Shown here: one piece after another, positions 29,147 to 38,262 of the stretch
How positions within the stretch are numbered: the stretch's first letter is position 1
Layout: each line of letters starts with the position of its first letter
Assembly (NCBI GenBank): GCA_026936335.1
Contig: JAPMXV010000051.1
Coordinates: 186,001 to 250,000 of the forward strand
Origin: Mantamonas sphyraenae STR306
Lineage: Eukaryota; Protista; CRuMs
Length of the DNA stretch: 64,000 bases
Reading direction: 5' to 3'
Notes under the pieces: model-generated
What the model was told of the DNA's origin: nothing
Seen by the model: the letters and a program-made list of their open reading frames with translations, nothing else
Database searches by the model: none
Program-made: the position numbers and the translations under genes

Positions 29147-32100
29147 TCACTCCCCCATCTCCGTGTCCCGCGTCACCATCCCACCAGCTCCAGTCCTGCC
29201 CAGCAGCATCGTCGCAACATCTGCATGCCCATTCTGCACTGCAATGTTCAACGGAGTTGCTCGGTCCTTGTTCATCTTGCCCATATCTGCGCCCCTGTCC
29301 AGTAGCATCGTGGCCGTTTCTATGTCTCCGTTCTCTGCTGCGATGTACAACGGTGTGGCTCCATCTGTCAAGGCCTTGTCCACCTCTGCTCCCCTGTCCA
29401 GCAGCATCGTCGCCGTCTCTGTGTGGCCACTGTGCACTGCAACGTTCAACGGCGTCCACCCCTCCTCCGTCACCTGGTCCACATCTGCTCCTCTGTCCAG
29501 CAGCACCTTGGCCGTCTCTGTGTGCCCTTCCTGTGCTGCAATGTGCAACGGCGTCCACCCGTTCTCGTTCGCCTTGTCCACCTCTGCCCCCATGTCCAGC
29601 AACATCGAGGCCATCTCTGTGAGTCCGTTCGCTGCTGCAACGTACAGTGGTGTAGCCCCGTTCTGCTCCGCCTTGTCCACATCTGCTCCCCTGTCCAGCA
29701 GCATAGTCGCCGTATCAGTGTATCCGTTCGCTGCTGCAACGTACAGTGGTGTAGCCCCGTTCTCCTCCAACTTGTTCACATCTGCTCCTTTGTCCAACAG
29801 CATCGTCGCCATCTGTGTGTCTCCGTTCTGCACTGCAATGTTCAATGGTGTCCACCCGTCCTCCGTTGCCTTGTCGACTTCTGCTCCTCTGTCCAGCAGC
29901 ATCGTTACCGTTTCTGTGTGCCCGTTCTGTGCTGCAATGTACAACGGCGTGTACCCGACCGTCTTCGCCTTGTCCACCTCTGCTCCCCTGTCCACAAGCA
30001 TTGCCGCCGTCTCCGTGTGCCCGTTCTGTGCTGCAATGTACAACGGGGTGGCCTCATCTGTCAACGCAATATCCACCTCTGCTCCCCTGTCCACAAGCAT
30101 TGCCGCCATCTCTGTGTGTCCGTTCTGTGCTGCAGTGTGCAACGGTGTCCACCCGTTCTCCTTCGCCCTGTCCACCACTGCACCTCTGTCCAGCAGCAAT
30201 GTTCCCATATCTGTGTGTCCGATCCATGCAGCAACGTACAACGGGGTGGCTCCGTCCTTCCGCGCCATATCCACCTGTGCCCCCCTTTCCAACAGCATCG
30301 TCGCCGTATCTGTGTGTCCGTTCCATGCTGCAATAAACAAGGGTGTGGCTCCATCCGTCATCACCTTGTCCACCTCTGCTCCTCTGTCCAGCAGCATCGT
30401 CGCCGTATCAGTGTGCCCGTTCTGCGCTGCAATAAACAACGGTGTGGTACCGTCCTCCTTCGTCTTGTCCACCTCTGCTCCTCTGTTCAGCAGCATCGTC
30501 GCTGTCTCTGTGTGCCCGTTCTGTGCTGCAGTCAGCAAAGGGGTGGCTCCACTCATCAACTCCTTGTCCACATCTGCTCCCCTGTCAAGCAGCAGCAACA
30601 CCATCTCCGTGTGTCCGTTCTGTGCTGCAACGAATAGCGGTGCCACTCCGTTCTCCGCCACCTTGTCCACTTCTGCTCCTCTGTCCAGGAGCATCGTCGC
30701 TGTCTCTGTGTGCCCGTTCTGTGCTGCAGTCAGCAAAGGGGTGGCTCCACTCATCAACGCCTTGTCCACATCTGCTCCTCTGTCCAGAAGCATCATCACC
30801 GTCTCTGTGTGTCCGTTCTGTGCTGCAATCAACAACGGTGTCGCTCCGTCCTCCTCCGCCTTGTCCACGTCTGCTCCTCTGTCCAGCAGCATTGAAGCCA
30901 CCTCTGTGTGCCCGCTCTCCGCTGCAATGAATATGGGCGATGTTCCATCCCCTTTCGCCTTGTCCACACCTGCTCCCCTGTCAAGCAGCAGCAACACCAT
31001 CTCTGTTTGTCCGTTCTGAGCTGCAATCAACAACGGTGTCGTCCCATTCGTCATCGCCTTGTCCACGTCTGCTCCTCTGTCCAGCAGCATTGAGGCCGTC
31101 TCTGTGTGCGAGTTCTGCGCTGCAATGAACAACGGTGTGGCTCCGTCCTCCTTCGCTTTGTCCACATCTGCTCCCCTGTCAAGAAGCATCGTCGCCATCA
31201 CCGTGTGCCCGTTCTGTGCAGCAGTGAACAACGGTGTGGACCCGTACATGTTCGCCTTGTCCACATCTGCCCCCCTCTCCAGCAGCATCGTCGCTGTCTC
31301 TGTGTGCCCGTTCTGTGCTGCAATGTACAATGGTGTGATTCCACTCGTCAACGCCTTGTCCACGTCTGCTCCTCTGTCCAGCAGCATTGAAGCCACCTCT
31401 GTGTGCCCGCTCTCCGCTGCAATGAATATGGGCGAAGCTCCATCCCCATTCGCCTTGTCCACATCTGCACCTCTGTCAAGCAACAATGTTCCCATCTCTG
31501 TTTGTCCCATCCATGATGCAATGTGTAACGGCGTCCACCCGTTCTCCTTCGCCTTGTCCACCTCTGCTCCTCTGTCCAGAAGCATCGTCGCCATCACCGT
31601 GTGCCCGTTCTGTGCAGCAGTGAACAACGGGGTGGCACCACTCATCAACGCCTTGTCCACGTCTGCTCCTCTGTCCAGCAGCATCGAGGCCATCTCTGTG
31701 TCTCCGCTCTGTGCTGCAATGTACAACGGGGTGGCACCACTCATCAACGCCTTGTCCACCTCTGCCTCTCTGTCCAGCAGCATCGAGGCTATCTCTGTGT
31801 GTCCGTTCTGCGCTGCAACGTACAACGGCGTGGCTCCATTTGTCATCGCCTGGTCCACCTGTGCACCTCTGTCCAACAGCATCGAGGCTATCTCTGTGTG
31901 TCCGTTCTGCGCTGCAACGTACAACGGTGTGGCACCGTTCTCGTTCGCCTTGTCCACCTCTGCTCCTCTGTCCAACAGCAACATCGCCGTATCTGTGTGT
32001 CCGTTCCATGATGCAACGTACAACGGTGTGGCACCGTTCTCGTTCGCCTTGTCCACCTCTGCTCCTCTGTCAAGCAGCATCTGGGCTATCTCTGTGTGTC

Positions 32101-32434
32101 CGTTCTGTGCTACAACGTACAGCGGTGTCGCTTCCCCCTCATCCGCCTTGTCCACATCTGCTCCCCTGTCCAGCAGCATCGTCGCCGTTTCTGTGTGCCC
32201 GTTGTGTGCTGCAACGTACAACGGTGTCACTCCCCTCTCTTCCGCCTTGTCCACGTCTGCTCCCCTGTCCAGCAGCAGCCTCGCAGCAGCTGCGTTTCCC
32301 TCCCACCCCGCCACCAGCAACGGTGTCCACCCAGCCTCGTCCTCTTCGTTCACGTCTGCACCTCCATCAATCAATTGCTCCATTGCATTGGTGTCACCAT
32401 CTGCCACTGCCTGAATCAGCTCTGTGTCACTCAT
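29147..32434 (-). CDS. Ankyrin-repeat-only protein (N-cap + 32 repeats, 1095 aa)
   Basis: 33-aa repeats; paralog of its neighbours. Confidence 0.93.
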   Translation of the reverse strand: MSDTELIQAVADGDTNAMEQLIDGGADVNEEDEAGWTPLLVAGWEGNAAAARLLLDRGADVDKAEERGVTPLYVAAHNGHTETATMLLDRGADVDKADEGEATPLYVVAQNGHTEIAQMLLDRGAEVDKANENGATPLYVASWNGHTDTAMLLLDRGAEVDKANENGATPLYVAAQNGHTEIASMLLDRGAQVDQAMTNGATPLYVAAQNGHTEIASMLLDREAEVDKALMSGATPLYIAAQSGDTEMASMLLDRGADVDKALMSGATPLFTAAQNGHTVMATMLLDRGAEVDKAKENGWTPLHIASWMGQTEMGTLLLDRGADVDKANGDGASPIFIAAESGHTEVASMLLDRGADVDKALTSGITPLYIAAQNGHTETATMLLERGADVDKANMYGSTPLFTAAQNGHTVMATMLLDRGADVDKAKEDGATPLFIAAQNSHTETASMLLDRGADVDKAMTNGTTPLLIAAQNGQTEMVLLLLDRGAGVDKAKGDGTSPIFIAAESGHTEVASMLLDRGADVDKAEEDGATPLLIAAQNGHTETVMMLLDRGADVDKALMSGATPLLTAAQNGHTETATMLLDRGAEVDKVAENGVAPLFVAAQNGHTEMVLLLLDRGADVDKELMSGATPLLTAAQNGHTETATMLLNRGAEVDKTKEDGTTPLFIAAQNGHTDTATMLLDRGAEVDKVMTDGATPLFIAAWNGHTDTATMLLERGAQVDMARKDGATPLYVAAWIGHTDMGTLLLDRGAVVDRAKENGWTPLHTAAQNGHTEMAAMLVDRGAEVDIALTDEATPLYIAAQNGHTETAAMLVDRGAEVDKAKTVGYTPLYIAAQNGHTETVTMLLDRGAEVDKATEDGWTPLNIAVQNGDTQMATMLLDKGADVNKLEENGATPLYVAAANGYTDTATMLLDRGADVDKAEQNGATPLYVAAANGLTEMASMLLDMGAEVDKANENGWTPLHIAAQEGHTETAKVLLDRGADVDQVTEEGWTPLNVAVHSGHTETATMLLDRGAEVDKALTDGATPLYIAAENGDIETATMLLDRGADMGKMNKDRATPLNIAVQNGHADVATMLLGRTGAGGMVTRDTEMGE

Positions 32435-32623
32435 TCACTCTCTGCCACCACACCAATCCAACACGCACGTCAGCATCAGCCTTCTCTCCCCTTTCTTCCC
32501 CCTCTACCTCCCCAACGACCACCTCCAACCTCCCCTCACCCACCCCCTTTCACCAACCCACTGTCCTCCCTCTCACCTTTCACAATCACAAAATCAAATT
32601 GCCTGCGCCCGCGTTTCCATATT

Positions 32624-32747
32624 TCACTCCTTTTTCCCTCCCTCCTCCACCCTCGCTCTCCCACTCTCTTCTTCCGCCCGTCGTGCTTCCATCTCCAAAA
32701 CCCGGATCCTCGAGTACCACGCGGACCCAGCAATCGTCAGCAGGATC
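32624..32747 (-). pseudogene. Duplicated 3' end fragment of the GDP-fucose transporter gene
   Basis: Near-identical to 36834-36957 (ILLTIAGSAWYSRIR.LEMEARRAEEESGRARVE). Confidence 0.9.
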
Positions 32748-33026
32748 ACCAACTGTGGACACGAGGCGCAGGGTGTTGCCGAGGTGGGATCAAACTTGCA
32801 AAAATTCGGGAGGCAAGCAAGCTGTGCGTGCAGCGTGTCGTACAATGACCGTACACAGGGCGGGGCATTGCTGGCAACTCTGCAGCGTGCTTCAGGATGG
32901 CCAATCATCAAGGACCGAGACGTGTCGGCCTGTGAAAACATCCTGATGGTTTTCCTGACCTGGATGCGCCGCGGCACACGACCGCCGGCACTCATGTGGG
33001 TCAAGGACAAGGGCAACATCAACTGA
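32748..33026 (+). pseudogene. 5'-truncated Fanzor-like fragment (Zn finger + RuvC-III), paralog of 7055-12310
   Basis: NCGH..KFGRQASCAC.S.N..ALLATLQRASGWPIIKDRDVSACENI..GTRPPAL aligns with ICGR..KWDRQLACLHC.S.N..ALFAYIQDKIGLPIISDRDVRGCQGI..GKEPEAF. Confidence 0.85.
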
Positions 33027-33172
33027 CTGCTAGTTGTGGCACAGAATCAGGCAGGACACTTCAATGGTCAACTTATGGTAACTATCCAGAACCAGACAAC
33101 AGGGGGGCGCGAGCAATCGCAAAACCCTGTACGACACGCGGCTTTCGCAGTGTGTCATCGCACCGCACCGTG
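33027..33172 (+). ncRNA. Candidate omegaRNA / right end of the truncated Fanzor element
   Basis: Directly after the stop: ACAGGG(33099-33104)/CCCTGT(33125-33130) stem capped by GCGA-GCAA-TCGC GNRA hairpin; second hairpin GACAC..GTGTC 33133-33156. Confidence 0.55.
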
Positions 33173-33188
33173 TGGACATTCAAAGTAT

Positions 33189-36100
33189 TCACGCATCACG
33201 CATCCCTCCAGCCCTGCCCACAAGCATCGTCACCATCTCTGTGTGCCCATTCTCTGCTGCAATGTACAACGGAGTGGCTCCGTCCTCCTTCGCCTTGTCC
33301 ACCTCTGCTCCTCTGTCCAGCAGTATCGTCGCCATCTCTGTGTATCCGTTCATAGCTGCAACGTGCAACGCTGTCCAGCCTTTCTCCTCCCCCGTGTTCA
33401 CCTCTGCTCCCCTGTACAGCAGCAGCGTCGCCGTATCTGTGTGTCCATTCTGTGCTGCAATGAGCAACGCGGTGGCTCCATCCTCCTTCGCCGTGTTCAC
33501 CTGTGCCCCTCTGTCCAGCAGCATCGTCGCCGTATCAGTGCAACCGTTCGCTGCTGCAATGTGCAACGGCGTCCACCCTTCCTTTTCCCCCGTGTTCACG
33601 TCTGCTCCTCTGTCCACAAGCATCGCAACCATATCTGTGTTCCCGTTCTTAGCTGCAATGTGTAGCGGTGTCCACCCGTCCTTACGCGTCTTGTCCACAT
33701 CTGCTCCCCTGTCCAGCAGCATAGTCGCCGTATCAGTGTATCCGTTCGCTGCTGCAACGTACAGTGGTGTAGCCCCGTCCTTACGCGTCTTGTCCACATC
33801 TGCTCCCCTGTCCAGCAGCATAGTCGCCGTATCAGTGTATCCGTTCGCTGCTGCAACGTACAGTGGTGTAGCCCCGTTCTCCTCCAACTTGTTCACATCT
33901 GCTCCTTTGTCCAACAGCATCGTCGCCATCTGTGTGTCTCCGTTCTGCACTGCAATGTTCAATGGTGTCCACCCGTCCTCCGTTGCCTTGTCGACTTCTG
34001 CTCCTCTGTCCAGCAGCATCGTTACCGTTTCTGTGTGCCCGTTCTGTGCTGCAATGTACAACGGCGTGTACCCGACCGTCTTCGCCTTGTCCACCTCTGC
34101 TCCCCTGTCCACTAGCATTGCCGCCATCTCCGTGTGCCCGTTCTGTGCTGCAATGTACAACGGGGTGGCCTCATCTGTCAACGCAATATCCACCTCTGCT
34201 CCCCTGTCCACAAGCATTGCCGCCATCTCTGTGTGTCCGTTCTGTGCTGCAGTGTGCAACGGTGTCCACCCGTTCTCCTTCGCCCTGTCCACCACTGCAC
34301 CTCTGTCCAGCAGCAATGTTCCCATATCTGTGTGTCCGATCCATGCAGCAACGTACAACGGGGTGGCTCCGTCCTTCCGCGCCATATCCACCTGTGCCCC
34401 CCTTTCCAACAGCATCGTCGCCGTATCTGTGTGTCCGTTCCATGCTGCAATAAACAAGGGTGTGGCTCCGTCCTCCTTCGCCTTGTCTACCTGTGCTCCC
34501 CTGACAAGCAGCATCGTCGCCGTATCAGTGTGCCCGTTCTGCGCTGCAATAAACAAGGGGGTGGTGTCCTCCTTCGCCTTGTCTACCTCTGCTCCTCTGG
34601 CCAGCAGCATCGTCGCTGTCTCTGTGTGCCCGTTCTGTGCTGCAACACACAAGGGGGTGGCTCCACTCATCAACTCCTTGTCCACATCTGCTCCCCTGTC
34701 AAGCAGCAGCAACACCATCTCCGTGTGTCCGTTCTGTGCTGCAACGAATAGCGGTGTCACTCCGTTCTCCGCCACCTTGTCCACTTCTGCTCCTCTGTCC
34801 AGGAGCATCGTCGCTGTCTCTGTGTGCCCGTTCTGTGCTGCAGTCAGCAAAGGGGTGGCTCCACTCATCAACGCCTTGTCCACATCTGCTCCTCTGTCCA
34901 GAAGCATCATCACCGTCTCTGTGTGTCCGTTCTGTGCTGCAATCAACAACGGTGTCGCTCCGTCCTCCTTCGTCTTGTCCACCTCTGCTCCTCTGTTCAG
35001 CAGCATCGTCGCTGTCTCTGTGTGCCCGTTCTGTGCTGCAGTCAGCAAAGGGGTGGCTCCACTCATCAACTCCTTGTCCACATCTGCTCCCCTGTCAAGC
35101 AGCAGCAACACCATCTCTGTGTGCCCGTTCTGTGCTGCAATGAACAACGGGGTGGCTTCACTCATCAACGCCTTGTCCACATCTGCCCCCCTGTCCAGAA
35201 GCATCATCACCATCTCTGTTTGTCCGTTCTGAGCTGCAATCAACAACGGTGTCGTCCCATCCGTCATCGCCTTGTTCACGTCTGCTCCTCTGTCCAGCAG
35301 CATTGAGGCCGTCTCTGTGTGCGAGTTCTGCGCTGCTGTGTGTAAGGGCGATGCTCCATCCCCATTCGCCTTGTCCACATCTGCACCTCTGTCCAGCAAC
35401 AATGTTCCCATCTCTGTTTGTCCCATCCATGATGCAATGTGTAACGGCGTCCACTCGTTCTCCTTCGCCTTGTCCACCTCTGCTCCTCTGTCCAGAAGCA
35501 TCGTCGCCATCACCGTGTGCCCGTTCTGTGCAGCAGTGAACAACGGTGTAGCTCCATCCGTCATCGCCTTGTCCACATCTGCCCCCCTCTCCAGCAGCAT
35601 CGTCGCTGTCTCTGTGTGCCCGTTCTGTGCTGCAATGTACAATGGTGTGATTCCACTCGTCAACGCCTTGTCCACGTCTGCTCCTCTGTCCAGCAGCATT
35701 GAAGCCACCTCTGTGTGCCCGCTCTCCGCTGCAATGAATATGGGCGAAGCTCCATCCCCATTCGCCTTGTCCACATCTGCACCTCTGTCCAGCAACAATG
35801 TTCCCATCTCTGTTTGTCCCATCCATGATGCAATGTGTAACGGCGTCCACTCGTTCTCCTTCGCCTTGTCCACCTCTGCTCCTCTGTCCAAAAGCATCGT
35901 CGCCATCACCGTGTGCCCGTTCTGTGCAGCAATGTACAACGGGGTGGCACCACTCATCAACGCCTTGTCCACGTCTGCTCCTCTGTCCAACAGCATCATC
36001 ACCGTCTCTGTGTGTCCGTTCCATGATGCAACGTACAACGGTGTGGCACCGTTCTCGTTCGCCTTGTCCACCTCTGCTCCTCTGTCCAACAGCAACATCG

Positions 36101-36647
36101 CCGTATCTGTGTGTCCGTTCCATGATGCAACGTACAACGGTGTGGCACCGTTCTCGTTCGCCTTGTCCACCTCTGCTCCTCTGTCAAGCAGCATCCGGGC
36201 TATCTCTGTGTGTCCGTTCTGTGCTACAACGTACAGCGGTGTCGCTTCCCCCTCATCCGCTTTGTCCACATCTGCTCCCCTGTCCAGCAGCATCGTCGCC
36301 GTTTCTGTGTGCCCGTTCTCTGCTGCAACGAACAACGGGGTGGCTCCGTCCGTCGTCGTCTTGTCCACTTCTGCTCCTCTGTCCAGCAGCATTGCCGCCA
36401 TCTCTGTGTGTCCGTTCTGTGCTGCAACGTACAACGGTGTCGCTCCCCTCTCTCCCGCCTTGTCCACGTCTGCTCCCCTGTCCAGCAGCAGCCTCGCAGC
36501 AGCTGCGTTTCCCTCCCACCCCGCCACCAGCAACGGTGTCCACCCAGCCTCGTCCTCTTCGTTCACGTCTGCACCCCCATCAATCAATTGCTCCATTGCA
36601 TTGGTGTCACCATCTGCCACTGCCTGATTCAGCTCTGTGTTGCTCAT
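33189..36647 (-). CDS. Ankyrin-repeat-only protein (N-cap + 34 repeats, 1152 aa)
   Basis: 33-aa repeats; long blocks near-identical to the 29147-32434 gene. Confidence 0.93.
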   Translation of the reverse strand: MSNTELNQAVADGDTNAMEQLIDGGADVNEEDEAGWTPLLVAGWEGNAAAARLLLDRGADVDKAGERGATPLYVAAQNGHTEMAAMLLDRGAEVDKTTTDGATPLFVAAENGHTETATMLLDRGADVDKADEGEATPLYVVAQNGHTEIARMLLDRGAEVDKANENGATPLYVASWNGHTDTAMLLLDRGAEVDKANENGATPLYVASWNGHTETVMMLLDRGADVDKALMSGATPLYIAAQNGHTVMATMLLDRGAEVDKAKENEWTPLHIASWMGQTEMGTLLLDRGADVDKANGDGASPIFIAAESGHTEVASMLLDRGADVDKALTSGITPLYIAAQNGHTETATMLLERGADVDKAMTDGATPLFTAAQNGHTVMATMLLDRGAEVDKAKENEWTPLHIASWMGQTEMGTLLLDRGADVDKANGDGASPLHTAAQNSHTETASMLLDRGADVNKAMTDGTTPLLIAAQNGQTEMVMMLLDRGADVDKALMSEATPLFIAAQNGHTEMVLLLLDRGADVDKELMSGATPLLTAAQNGHTETATMLLNRGAEVDKTKEDGATPLLIAAQNGHTETVMMLLDRGADVDKALMSGATPLLTAAQNGHTETATMLLDRGAEVDKVAENGVTPLFVAAQNGHTEMVLLLLDRGADVDKELMSGATPLCVAAQNGHTETATMLLARGAEVDKAKEDTTPLFIAAQNGHTDTATMLLVRGAQVDKAKEDGATPLFIAAWNGHTDTATMLLERGAQVDMARKDGATPLYVAAWIGHTDMGTLLLDRGAVVDRAKENGWTPLHTAAQNGHTEMAAMLVDRGAEVDIALTDEATPLYIAAQNGHTEMAAMLVDRGAEVDKAKTVGYTPLYIAAQNGHTETVTMLLDRGAEVDKATEDGWTPLNIAVQNGDTQMATMLLDKGADVNKLEENGATPLYVAAANGYTDTATMLLDRGADVDKTRKDGATPLYVAAANGYTDTATMLLDRGADVDKTRKDGWTPLHIAAKNGNTDMVAMLVDRGADVNTGEKEGWTPLHIAAANGCTDTATMLLDRGAQVNTAKEDGATALLIAAQNGHTDTATLLLYRGAEVNTGEEKGWTALHVAAMNGYTEMATILLDRGAEVDKAKEDGATPLYIAAENGHTEMVTMLVGRAGGMRDA

Positions 36648-36833
36648 TCACTCTCTGCCACCACATCAACCCAACACACACGTCAGCGTCAGCCTTCTCT
36701 CCCCTTTCTTCCCCCTCTACCACCCCAACGACCACCTCCAACCTCCCCTCACCCACCCCCTTTCACCAACCCACTGTCCTCCCTCTCACCTTTCACAATC
36801 ACAAATCAAATTGCCTGCGCCCGCGTTTCCATT

Positions 36834-38262
36834 TCACTCCTCTTTCCCTCCATCCTCCACCCTCGCTCTCCCACTCTCTTCTTCCGCCCGTCGTGCTTCC
36901 ATCTCCAAAAACCGGATCCTCGAGTACCACGCGGACCCCGCAATCGTCAGCAGGATCCCCACCGCGTTCATCATCGACACCGGATTGCGAAAGATCAGAA
37001 TACTCAAGAGCGTCTGCAGACACGCCTTGGCCGTACCGCTGATGTTGTGTGTCAATGGCGACGTGTACTTGATCTGCAGCGAGCTGGCAATGTTGATCAA
37101 GAACCCAAAGACCCCCGTCAGCGTCATGATCTGCCAAAACGTGCTGCCGCTGCCTTCGTACTCAAACAGTGTGTCCAACTCGCCCGACAAGTACACAAAG
37201 GGAAACAGCAGAAACAGGGACAGCGTCGTGTTGTAGTAAAGCAGCCGCCATTGGTTCGACTCCAACAGCTTCAGCGTGCGCTTGATGTAGATCGAATTGA
37301 GCGACACAAAGCAGCTTGCAGACACTCCAAAGATCACACCGTACCACTGCACCAGGCGTTCCTCACGTGTCAGCACACAGGATCCCACCCTGCACAAGGC
37401 TGCACCGCCTTCCCGTCCCCTCTCCAGCACACCACACACCGTCTCCACACCCCTCACAAACACACTGTCCCACGCACACCTCACAATTGCATCCCCACAG
37501 CCGACAACACACACCCACATCCTCGCACAAAGCACGCCGCGCCGCAAAATTCAACTGACCGAGAAACGCATTTCGCCCTTGGCGCCCAGGATGAAGCCGA
37601 CAATTACCACCCCGCACGCCTGGATGGCTTTGTGGCTCGTGTCCTGGCCCAGCAGCACCTTGCTAAACACAATGTTGAAGCAGATGGTCAGCGAGCGTGC
37701 CACCTGGTAAAAGGACACCTCGACGTTGGCCAGGCAAAAGTTGTTCAGGACGATCATCGCCACCTGGATGCAGGCCAGGGGTGCAACCTGCTGCGCAATG
37801 TCCAGATCAAACTCAAAGGGAGCAATCGAGCTGAACATGGGGATGCTGCGACGCAAGACAGTCCGTGTCAGTCCTACAATCCCACTTCACAACCTGCAAC
37901 ATCCTCGTGTCCTCCAGCTGCGCGCGCGCTTCCCCGGAACCCCTTCACTCTCCACACACCCCTCTCCACCCCACGCCAGCTCCACCCGAACTGCATCCTC
38001 CCCACCCGTACAGCCCCGCCTTCACCCACCTTTTGCCAAGATGACCCAACACAGAGGCAATGACAAGCGTGACGACAAACTGGTAGTAGGTGATGGAGTA
38101 CACGCCTGCATTGGGCATGTTTGTCAGATGCTTGTTCAGAAACACAATGCCCATGCTGACCACAAAGTAGAACAACACCACCAGCACAATCATGTGCAGC
38201 TGCTTCTCGTGCGCCTTGCCGGCCAGCTTTTGGTCTTTTTCCTTGCCAACCTCTGCTCCCAT
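36834..38262 (-). CDS. GDP-fucose transporter-like nucleotide-sugar transporter (SLC35C1 family), 3 exons
   Basis: FYFVVSMGIVFLNK, NNFCLANVEVSFYQVARSLT, QIKYTSPLTHNISGTAKAC. Confidence 0.9.

Larger units (their letters stand above)
24916..36850 (-). repeat. Five copies of a ~200-bp upstream module preceding each ankyrin gene (24916-25110, 26501-26700, 28873-29070, 32435-32640, 36648-36850), containing a probable 5'UTR intron
   Basis: Near-identical C-rich (+ strand) sequence; on - strand AAG|GTGAGA ... CTGAC ... GGCAG|agagtgaATG (e.g. intron 36789-36655). Confidence 0.85.

Noticed and set aside
23309-36627. Long + strand ORFs (e.g. 23309-24895, 28497-31019, 33172-35232)
   Set aside because: Antisense shadows of the ankyrin genes, produced by repetitive GC-rich codon usage
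21789-36647. Periodic 99-bp repeats as a CRISPR-like array serving the RuvC nuclease
   Set aside because: The units are in-frame ankyrin codons with no constant-repeat/unique-spacer alternation
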